Source: a virus. From it: DNA of 64,000 nt. A program made the translations under genes and the position numbers. Of the stretch, positions 55,945 to 64,000 are shown in pieces; within the stretch, counting starts at the first letter, position 1; every line of letters starts with the position of its first letter. The notes under the pieces are model-generated. The model was given only the letters and a program-made list of their open reading frames with translations. It ran no database searches and had not been told where the DNA came from. The stretch lies in IMG/VR virus record IMGVR_UViG_3300020167_000001, positions 1 to 64,000 of that record. One strand, given 5' to 3'.

Positions 55945-58900
55945 ATGGCTGATGAACAACAAAATAATAGTGGTGGTCAAGTAAGAACCTTTGACAAATC
56001 TTTAAATGAAGATGTCAATGATTTTCACTTGCCTTCAAATGAATGGACTCAAGCCCGTAATGCTATTAATAATTCAATAACAGGGGATTTAGGAAAGTTG
56101 GGTAATGAACCAGCCAATAAAGAATGCATTAGGTTAACATATCCTTTTGCAACCATGACTGGTTTTATTTATGTAATTGAAGATTACTGGTTAGTATATT
56201 CTACAGATGGTGCAGGTATTTCTGAAATTGGTTTATTCCAAGAAGGTAGTTGTTCTTACTTACCTTTAGTAAATGATTCTTGTTTAGGTTTTACTTTAGA
56301 AAATCTAATCAAAGGAGTATCTCGTTCAACAAGTGCTTGTACTTATAAAGCTTACTGGGATGATGGATTAAATCCTTCAAGAAATTTAGAATTTAATATT
56401 CCTGAAGATATGATTGCAGCGGCTGCTGCTCCTACAGACCCCATTCTAAACCCTAATTATTATACTAATCCTGAAAGTGCTATTCCTTGGATACAGACTT
56501 GTGTTGATTCAAATGGTGGATTACCCGGAGGTTGTATTATTTGTACAAATACACCAGCATTAGACTGTGACAAAATCAGATTAGCTTTATTAATCAAGCC
56601 TATTTGTATACGCGTTGAAAGAGGATATGCTGGAGGTAACTTATTGAATGGCTCCTATATGGTAGCCATGGCCTATGCTGTAAAAGGACAAAAAATTAGT
56701 GACTTATATGTTTCTAATATTCAACCATTATTTGATCAGAACAACAGTGCTTCAGCTTTAGATGTATTTATTGATGATATCGATCTTACATATGATGAAG
56801 TTATTGTATATACAATTTCCACAATCAATCAACAAACTGTTGTTAGACAAGCTGGCTTATACAGTACGCGTCAAACAAGATTAAGCTTTGATACAATTTT
56901 TGATACATGGCCGGCTTTTCCTATTGAGCAAGTCCCAATCATGTCACCAATAGTTAATAAATCTGATGCTATGTATAACGTAGGAGAGTATTTATTAAGA
57001 GTAGGTCCTACATCAAAAGAAGATTTCAATTACCAACCTTTAGCCAATCAAATTACTTGTAAATGGCAATCTGTAGAATACCCTGCTGATTACTATCATA
57101 AGGGCGGTAATAATGTGGGATATATGAGAGATGAAGTCTATCCTTATTTTATTCAATGGATATATGATACAGGAGATAAATCTGCTTCTTATCATATTCC
57201 AGGTAGACCAGCTTCAGCTGCAGATAAAGCTCCTTTGCCGCCAACTGTAGGTAATAATATTTATCCAGATGATGATGAGTATTGGAAAGTTTATAGTACT
57301 TCTTCAATGGGGCCACTAACACCTTTTCCAAATACTGTACAAGCTGATGGTGGAGTTCTTATTGCTGAAGGCTTAATGAGTTATTGGGAATCTTCTGAAT
57401 TTTATCCAGATAAAAAACCAGACATCTGGAATTCAAGTGCACATCCTTGGTCTACAGTGGGAACACTTCCTTATTCTTATAGTCAAATTTCTGATTATGA
57501 TTTGTGTGGTACACCGATAAGACATCATAAATTTCCTGAAGATGCTATTCCTGGTAGCTTTGATAAAGCTTCAATATTTGAAACTGGTGGTAATAAGATT
57601 AGAGTTATGGGTGTAGCTTTTGATAATATCAAAGCTCCTCGCGATAACAGTGGTAATGTTATACCTGGTATTGTAGGATATAGAATTTTAAGAGGTACTC
57701 GTAATGGTAACAAAACTGTTATTGCTAAAGGTATTATCAATAATATGAGATCTTATCTTATACCAAATGCAGGTTCTTCAAAATTAGGATTATTTCCTAA
57801 CTACCCGTATAATGATTTAGGAGGAGATGATTATTTATCTATTAACAGATCTCGTACATTAAATGATACAGTAGTAGGTTTTCCTTATCCTTCAGGTATA
57901 AGTGGAGCACCTAATCATTTTAGTGAAAGAGATTATACTTTTCATTCACCAGAAACTAACTTTAATAATCCTTTTCTAGCAACAAAAGAATTTAGAGTTT
58001 ATGGTAATATGTGGGGAGAAACTACAGGTAAATTTGATTTATCTGAAAAGCATCCTAAAGAAAAACTTATTAGTAACTTATCTTTTTTAATTGCCAGTAT
58101 TGGTGGTGTTGGTCTTGCTGTAGTAGCGGCCAACGGAACAAGACAAAGTACATATAAAAAACCACAAACTATGGGACTTACTACAAGTTCTACGGGTTAT
58201 ACTATTATATTTTCACCATCTATTAGTGATCAAGTTTTAATTCCTGTAGAAAATGCAGCAATAAATGCAGCTACAGGTATTGCTACACCTCTTATTGAAT
58301 CTACAGTATTACTTAATACTACAGTTACAGGTCTTAGTACGGGTGCTCAATATCAAATATTACAAGATACTATTAATGGTATTGCTACTTCTTCAAGTTT
58401 TACAAAGACTACAGAACATGTACAATCAAATGGTTATTTAGATGATTTAGGTACAGGTATAGCAACTCTTGTTGCTGCCCCAATGTTTGTAAATGCTTTC
58501 TCTACAGGTACTGATAGTATTATAGAGTTAATAAAAGCTTTATTAGAGTATCGCGACTTTGCTGTAAGATATCATTCTAAAGGTTACTATAGTAACTATG
58601 ATACAACTGGAGGTACTAAAAGAAATTTAATAGATAATCAAAGATATCTTAATCCTGAAATTGCATTATTGGATAATGGAAAAAGTATAAACAACTTATT
58701 CCGTTCAAGAACTGTACATTTTGAAACAGCTGCTGGTACTAATCAATTTGGTGCACCAGGTATTGTTGATAATTCTAGATTTACAGGTAATGATTTAGGT
58801 ATTACAGATATTGATAGTTTATTAAAAGAAGAAATTAATAGAACATGTTCTTCACATTATGGTGCTTTAAAAGTTAGAATAAGAAATCAATATGGTCAGT

Positions 58901-61080
58901 TAAATAATATTGTTCAGCTGCCTGTAGGAAACTGTTATACTGAAGTTAAATATAATGCTGCAGGTAACTTGATTGATGATTTAGGGAATGTTATAGGTAC
59001 TACTTCTAAAACCACAACTTTATTTAATGGAGATGTTTATATTAATCGATATACAGAAAAAAATACATTCTTCTTTTTTTATGATTGGTTAGAAGGTCAA
59101 CCTGAAGGAGCTCATTTAAATTATTTGGCACATACCATGGTGCCGTATCCTAGATATTGGGCTAATTTTGATGAATTTCAAACTAGTGATTTTACATCAA
59201 ATGTTATAAGTCAATTAGCTGGTGGTAGTATACCTTCTATTACAGCTGGTTCTCCTATTAATCCTGCTGTACCTAGTGATTATTATGCTTTAGATGGAGC
59301 TACTATATCCGGTGGTGGTGGTATTGGTGGTATTACTTTAACCAACTTATTTAGATTTGATAAACGAGGTTGGTTCTATTTATTCAATTCAGGAGTAAGA
59401 GAGTTTTTTGTTGAGAGTGAAATTAATACAGCATACAGAGAACAAGGTCCTTTAGAATCTCAAAAATTCTTTGATCCATATAGTGGTGGAGATACTAAAA
59501 CTATATTTAAAACTGAACATATTAAGTCAGGAAATTATTATAAATATGATATTTCATTAAGTGTAACCAAGTTATTTAGTAATTATGTTTCTTGGGCTGC
59601 AATGCAATCTCCACAGTATAACCCCAACTTAGCTGAAAGTTGTTTTATCTATCAGGATAGCCGAGTTATATATTCTTTACCTGCACAATTTGAAGGTCTT
59701 AAAGATGGTTGGAAAGTTTTCTTAACTAATAATTATTATGATTTTGATAATGTACCGACATGTATAAAACCAATCAATAAAAGCGGAGCTATTATATTCT
59801 TTGATGCCGCCAGCCCAGTTCAGTTTCAAGGAACTGACCAATTACAAACAGGTCTTGGCACCAAACTTACAATTGGTGATGGTGGATTATTTTCTCAACC
59901 ATTACAAGCTTTAGTAAATGTTGAAAACTCACATGAATATGGTTCTTGTCAAAATAGGATGAGTGTTATTAATACACCTGCAGGAGTATTTTGGATGAGT
60001 CAAAATCAAGGTAAGATATTTACTGTTGTAGGTAATGGAATTAAAGCTATCTCTGATGAAGGTTTAAAATGGTGGTTTGCTAGTTTTTTACCATATCAAA
60101 TAGTAAAAGATTTTCCAGGATTTGAATTATTAGATAATCCGGTTATCGGAGTTGCTTGTCAATCTGTATATGATAATGAGAATGGTTTATTATATTTCTG
60201 TAAAAAAGATTATTCTTTAAAAACAAATTTAAGTGAAACATTAACCTACGTGGGAGGAAATAACTTTCAGGTAGATCAAACTGGATTAGTACTCGAACTA
60301 GGGAATCCAAATTCTCCATGGGACTTGTATTTTGATGATGCGTCATGGACTATTAGTTATGATCCTAAAGGTCAAGGTGAATGGCTTAGTCTTCATGATT
60401 GGCACCCTAACTTTTGCTTGCCAGGTAAGAATACTTTCTTAACTGTAAATCCTTTAGATAGAAATAGTTTATGGATTCACAATGAACGCTGTGATTTATA
60501 CTGTAACTACTATGGTATTGATTATCCTTTTGAGGTTGAGTTTACTGTGAACACGGGTCAAGATGTTAATTCTTTAAGAAGTATTCAGTACCTTTTAGAA
60601 TGCTATAAATATGCACCTAACTGTTTTGATAGATTTCATGTTCTTGATTATAATTTTGATGAAGCTACTATTTACAATACTGAACAAACTTCAGGTTTAT
60701 TGAAACTAGTATTAAATCCTAAAAATGATCCTACAGCTATCTTACAATACCCTATAATTAATCCAACTAATATTAATGTGCTCTTCTCTAAAGAAGAAAA
60801 CAAATATAGGTTCAATCAATTTTGGGATATCACTGATGACCGCGGAGAGTTCTTTAATCCTTTAATACCAGGCTTTGCACAAAGAACAATTTGGGATACA
60901 CAACCTAATGGTTATGTTAGATTATTAAATGCCAATAACTTAAATTATAATAAAGCCGATTTCCAAAAGAAAAAATTCAGACATTATACTGTATCTGTTT
61001 TATTAAGAAAATTAGTATCTGGAGACAGAAAGATGTTGGTGATGCTCAGTGACGTAAAGAATTTACTATCTCCTAGATAA
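55945..61080 (+). CDS. tail stabilization / muzzle-like protein
   Basis: 1711 aa; GYMRDEVYPYFI, IRHHKFP, SWTISY..W.SLHDW crAss-like motifs. Confidence 0.7.
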   Translation: MADEQQNNSGGQVRTFDKSLNEDVNDFHLPSNEWTQARNAINNSITGDLGKLGNEPANKECIRLTYPFATMTGFIYVIEDYWLVYSTDGAGISEIGLFQEGSCSYLPLVNDSCLGFTLENLIKGVSRSTSACTYKAYWDDGLNPSRNLEFNIPEDMIAAAAAPTDPILNPNYYTNPESAIPWIQTCVDSNGGLPGGCIICTNTPALDCDKIRLALLIKPICIRVERGYAGGNLLNGSYMVAMAYAVKGQKISDLYVSNIQPLFDQNNSASALDVFIDDIDLTYDEVIVYTISTINQQTVVRQAGLYSTRQTRLSFDTIFDTWPAFPIEQVPIMSPIVNKSDAMYNVGEYLLRVGPTSKEDFNYQPLANQITCKWQSVEYPADYYHKGGNNVGYMRDEVYPYFIQWIYDTGDKSASYHIPGRPASAADKAPLPPTVGNNIYPDDDEYWKVYSTSSMGPLTPFPNTVQADGGVLIAEGLMSYWESSEFYPDKKPDIWNSSAHPWSTVGTLPYSYSQISDYDLCGTPIRHHKFPEDAIPGSFDKASIFETGGNKIRVMGVAFDNIKAPRDNSGNVIPGIVGYRILRGTRNGNKTVIAKGIINNMRSYLIPNAGSSKLGLFPNYPYNDLGGDDYLSINRSRTLNDTVVGFPYPSGISGAPNHFSERDYTFHSPETNFNNPFLATKEFRVYGNMWGETTGKFDLSEKHPKEKLISNLSFLIASIGGVGLAVVAANGTRQSTYKKPQTMGLTTSSTGYTIIFSPSISDQVLIPVENAAINAATGIATPLIESTVLLNTTVTGLSTGAQYQILQDTINGIATSSSFTKTTEHVQSNGYLDDLGTGIATLVAAPMFVNAFSTGTDSIIELIKALLEYRDFAVRYHSKGYYSNYDTTGGTKRNLIDNQRYLNPEIALLDNGKSINNLFRSRTVHFETAAGTNQFGAPGIVDNSRFTGNDLGITDIDSLLKEEINRTCSSHYGALKVRIRNQYGQLNNIVQLPVGNCYTEVKYNAAGNLIDDLGNVIGTTSKTTTLFNGDVYINRYTEKNTFFFFYDWLEGQPEGAHLNYLAHTMVPYPRYWANFDEFQTSDFTSNVISQLAGGSIPSITAGSPINPAVPSDYYALDGATISGGGGIGGITLTNLFRFDKRGWFYLFNSGVREFFVESEINTAYREQGPLESQKFFDPYSGGDTKTIFKTEHIKSGNYYKYDISLSVTKLFSNYVSWAAMQSPQYNPNLAESCFIYQDSRVIYSLPAQFEGLKDGWKVFLTNNYYDFDNVPTCIKPINKSGAIIFFDAASPVQFQGTDQLQTGLGTKLTIGDGGLFSQPLQALVNVENSHEYGSCQNRMSVINTPAGVFWMSQNQGKIFTVVGNGIKAISDEGLKWWFASFLPYQIVKDFPGFELLDNPVIGVACQSVYDNENGLLYFCKKDYSLKTNLSETLTYVGGNNFQVDQTGLVLELGNPNSPWDLYFDDASWTISYDPKGQGEWLSLHDWHPNFCLPGKNTFLTVNPLDRNSLWIHNERCDLYCNYYGIDYPFEVEFTVNTGQDVNSLRSIQYLLECYKYAPNCFDRFHVLDYNFDEATIYNTEQTSGLLKLVLNPKNDPTAILQYPIINPTNINVLFSKEENKYRFNQFWDITDDRGEFFNPLIPGFAQRTIWDTQPNGYVRLLNANNLNYNKADFQKKKFRHYTVSVLLRKLVSGDRKMLVMLSDVKNLLSPR

Positions 61081-61081
61081 T

Positions 61082-61801
61082 ATGAAAAGATATTGTATAT
61101 ATAAAATAACTAGTCCTTCAGGAAAATTATATATTGGACAAACCTGTAATTTTTCTAAAAGGTATAATGCTTATAAAACTAGCAATGCAAAAAGTCAACC
61201 AAAACTTAATTACAGTTTTTTAAAGTATGGTATTGAAAATCATAAATTTGAAATAATAGTAGAAAATTTAGATAGTCATGAAGTAAATCCTATGGAAAAT
61301 TTTTATATAAAGTATTATAATTGTGTAACACTTGGTCTCAATTGTTCTTATGATGCTTTATCACCTATGAAAAATAGAAAACATTCTATTGAAACTAAAA
61401 ATAAAATGTCTTTACAAAGAAAAGGTAAGAGTTTTGGTATTAGAACTACACAACATATAGAAAATTTAAAAAAAGCTATACAAAAAACTTTTATAGATGG
61501 TAGAATAGGTGCTAGAAAAGGTGTTGTTTTATCTGTAGAGACTAAAGATAAACTTAAAAAAGTTCAATTAGGTAGAATACATTCTGATAATCATAAATTA
61601 AAAGTAAGTTTAAATCATGGAAGCAGAAAATTATCTATGGATCAAGTTCTTGATATAAAAAATAGATTATTAAATGGAGAAAAAAGAATGAAACTTGTAA
61701 AAGAATTTAAAGTATCTTATACAACAATTAGAGATATTTATACAGGCCAAAGATCTGATTTAATGTTAGCTGATATTAAAAACCTTTTATCACCTAGATA
61801 A
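61082..61801 (+). CDS. GIY-YIG homing endonuclease with NUMOD3 repeats
   Basis: CIYKITSPSGKLYIGQT..R..E..GLN; KHSIETKNKMS and LSVETKDKL NUMOD3-like repeats; C-terminal HTH. Confidence 0.9.
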   Translation: MKRYCIYKITSPSGKLYIGQTCNFSKRYNAYKTSNAKSQPKLNYSFLKYGIENHKFEIIVENLDSHEVNPMENFYIKYYNCVTLGLNCSYDALSPMKNRKHSIETKNKMSLQRKGKSFGIRTTQHIENLKKAIQKTFIDGRIGARKGVVLSVETKDKLKKVQLGRIHSDNHKLKVSLNHGSRKLSMDQVLDIKNRLLNGEKRMKLVKEFKVSYTTIRDIYTGQRSDLMLADIKNLLSPR

Positions 61802-62976
61802 TGAAAAGTAATGGAGTTCCTAAAATAGAATATTCAGGCAAAGAGCCTGCTTCTACTAGACCAAATTATAAAAAGAAGGATAGAATAGTTGATCCTGGTT
61901 TTCCTGTTGACCCCATGGGTTATTGGAATCCGGCTAATATAGGAAAAATTGTTCAGGTTCCTACAGAAGATGGTCATATTACAATGAAAGGTGTAGACCA
62001 ACCTCTATGGGGAATGGATGAACACGGTAATACTCAGTACCAAATGCCCGGTATGGAATATCATTATCCTGGTCAATTTATTACAGAGTATCCTATTGCT
62101 AAAGATGGAGGATGGTTAGATACAATGCAAGAAGGAGGTTCTAAAAATCCTGAATGGTATAATGGTAAATTAGCAACCAGTTCTAAATATCCATTACCGT
62201 CAGCAGATAAAAGAAAGATTCCTCAATCAGGCATGGTTGTAGATAAAAGAACCAATCAAGCTTATTACTTTGGAGACAAAGGGGAGACTGGAACTTTTCC
62301 GGTTCTTACCGGTAAGAATCCTGAAGGTAATGTTAATACTTACTCTTTATCTGATCTTAAAGAAAATTCTAAATTAAGAAATACTCCCGCTGGCTACTAC
62401 ACTATAAACAGAGAATCTACTTATAAATCTCCAGACATGTTGCAGCATTATGCCGGTATGATGAGAGATGTAGAACCTATTCCTGCATACGGAGTTCCTG
62501 CTCCAAATGCAAAAGATTTAGGCTTTCATCTTACTTATATGGACCCGTTTAACCCGGCTGTTTACAAAAACCGAGACAGTCTTTATAGAGGAAAAGAAAG
62601 TGACAGAAATGCTTCCTACGGCTGTGTGAATTGTGAAAGAGAATCTTATGAAGCATTCAATAAAGCTGTTCCTAAGACAGACACTATGATGGTTTTAGAT
62701 AGCAAAAATTATGCTGATAAGATTTTATTAGAGCAGGCCAAAAACAGAATGAAGACTAAACCTTTAATGGAAGAAGGTGGTTGGCTGGATGAAGTTGATG
62801 AATTTAGGAGAGGTGGTCAAAAAGGTTTAAACAAGTTTACTTCTAAAAATATTCAATCTAGTGTTAATGACATCATGATGAGAAATGTAACTTTGTTTGG
62901 ACCAACGGGTAAAAGAAGATACAAACCCGGCTTAAAGTTTGAAGAAGGTGGAGAATGGCTTGATAATATTGTTTAA
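61801..62976 (+). CDS. L,D-transpeptidase (YkuD)-domain protein with xxGG motifs
   Basis: VVDKRTN..FPVLTGK..TPAGYY..GFH..ASYGCVN catalytic His/Cys motif. Confidence 0.75.
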   Translation: MKSNGVPKIEYSGKEPASTRPNYKKKDRIVDPGFPVDPMGYWNPANIGKIVQVPTEDGHITMKGVDQPLWGMDEHGNTQYQMPGMEYHYPGQFITEYPIAKDGGWLDTMQEGGSKNPEWYNGKLATSSKYPLPSADKRKIPQSGMVVDKRTNQAYYFGDKGETGTFPVLTGKNPEGNVNTYSLSDLKENSKLRNTPAGYYTINRESTYKSPDMLQHYAGMMRDVEPIPAYGVPAPNAKDLGFHLTYMDPFNPAVYKNRDSLYRGKESDRNASYGCVNCERESYEAFNKAVPKTDTMMVLDSKNYADKILLEQAKNRMKTKPLMEEGGWLDEVDEFRRGGQKGLNKFTSKNIQSSVNDIMMRNVTLFGPTGKRRYKPGLKFEEGGEWLDNIV

Positions 62977-62993
62977 TTTTTGTATATTTGTAT

Positions 62994-64000
62994 ATGACTA
63001 AAGAAGAGATTTTAGCCGCTGCAGGCTTTGATAACACACCAGCAGGTGTTGCTGCTTTTTATAAGAAGTTTAAATCTAAAGAAGATTTCGATAACCATAT
63101 GGCTAGTGGGGGCAGCTCTAAAGGAGCACCCACTGCTAAAGAGTTTTTTGACTTTGGAGCTACAACTAATCTTAACATTCCTTTTGGGAACTTTGCTTAT
63201 GGCGGAGCTCCCTGTATGGACTGTGGAGGTTATATGAGTCATGGGGGTTTTACAGATATGTTAAATAGTGTGACTAAACAATATAAAAAAGATATCAGTA
63301 AAAATACAGTTACTCAAGGCGGGAACGATCTTAATCCTGGTCAAAATATGACCATGCAGTTTAAAAACAAATTAACTCAGAATTTTCAAATGGCTTCCCT
63401 TGATGAAATTCATAATGAATTTAAACAGATGGGTGGAGCTAGTTTTAGTACAGGCATCGATTATCAAAACCAAGCTTATCAAAACATGTATCAATCCAAG
63501 ATAGGTCAATATGATCAAAACTTAAAGGATGATAGTAATAATTTATTTCAAGCTTTAAGTCAAGCTCAATATGGTATGCCTGTAGGTCCTAATCTTATAG
63601 GAGGATTATCGCCAGCTCAGATAGCTGCTTTACAATTCTCTTCTAAATATGTAGGTGATAATGAAAGAAATAACTCTAATAAACAATCTTATCAGAGTAA
63701 TCAAAATGCTGTAGGAAATCAACAAACACAAAATCCAGTTCCTGGAGCTTATGCTAATTATTATTTACAAGAATATCAAAATAAACATTTTGGTCCTTGG
63801 GGTAAAACTCGTATGACTTTTGGAACAGGTAACCCTAACCAGGGCAGTACAGGTTCCTATAATCAAAATGCCCCAGTTAAAGGAAATCCTTATGGAGATC
63901 ATAAGTATAATCCTTTTCAACCGGCTACTGAAGATGCTGGAGCTAATTCTAATGAATCATGGTTTAGCAGATGGAGAGCTGCTCAACAAGGTAAATCTGA
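62994..64000 (+). CDS. low-complexity putative virion cargo protein (runs off the window)
   Basis: open frame MTKEEILAAAGFDNTPAG.. to the end of the window; Gln/Asn/Gly-rich; TTG-N20-TATATTTG promoter at 62960-62990. Confidence 0.75.
   Translation, partial: MTKEEILAAAGFDNTPAGVAAFYKKFKSKEDFDNHMASGGSSKGAPTAKEFFDFGATTNLNIPFGNFAYGGAPCMDCGGYMSHGGFTDMLNSVTKQYKKDISKNTVTQGGNDLNPGQNMTMQFKNKLTQNFQMASLDEIHNEFKQMGGASFSTGIDYQNQAYQNMYQSKIGQYDQNLKDDSNNLFQALSQAQYGMPVGPNLIGGLSPAQIAALQFSSKYVGDNERNNSNKQSYQSNQNAVGNQQTQNPVPGAYANYYLQEYQNKHFGPWGKTRMTFGTGNPNQGSTGSYNQNAPVKGNPYGDHKYNPFQPATEDAGANSNESWFSRWRAAQQGKS

Noticed and set aside
1-64000. Stop-codon reassignment (TAG or TGA), known in some crAss-like phages
   Set aside because: Structural genes are full length in the standard code, and TAG/TGA end genes at sensible coupled junctions
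1-64000. CRISPR array or diversity-generating retroelement
   Set aside because: No regularly spaced repeats, no reverse transcriptase, and no template/variable repeat pair with A-specific mismatches seen
1-64000. Integrase, attachment site or host flanking genes (prophage)
   Set aside because: No recombinase or bacterial housekeeping genes in the window; it appears entirely phage-derived

Overview
AT-rich segment of a large lytic Bacteroidota phage with crAss-like (Crassvirales-type) gene order. No evidence of stop-codon recoding. Positions 1-16.4 kb are a leftward (- strand) early/accessory arm of small unknown genes separated by many non-coding blocks with nested inverted repeats. This arm also holds a tRNA-like element with a 54-nt insertion in the anticodon arm, an exact parS palindrome close to a ParB-N-like gene, and four copies of a putative early-promoter motif. 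After a G-rich strand switch at about 16.45 kb, everything runs rightward: glycosyltransferase, tail-fibre-like genes, lysis cassette, PD-(D/E)XK nuclease, terminase, portal, scaffold-like protein, major capsid protein (MCP), a cluster of tiny basic proteins, a Dps-like ferritin, Cys-rich structural proteins, tail ring/muzzle-like proteins, two free-standing homing endonucleases, an L,D-transpeptidase-domain protein and a truncated cargo-like ORF. Bacteroidota-type TTG-N19/20-TAnnTT promoters recur in this arm. The most striking observation is three tandem small genes (28.8-29.7 kb). Each carries a different piece of the phage's own MCP sequence fused to a shared C-terminal helical module, which makes them a candidate capsid-mimic/decoy system. 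All family calls come from motif recognition by eye; no database searches or folding programs were run.
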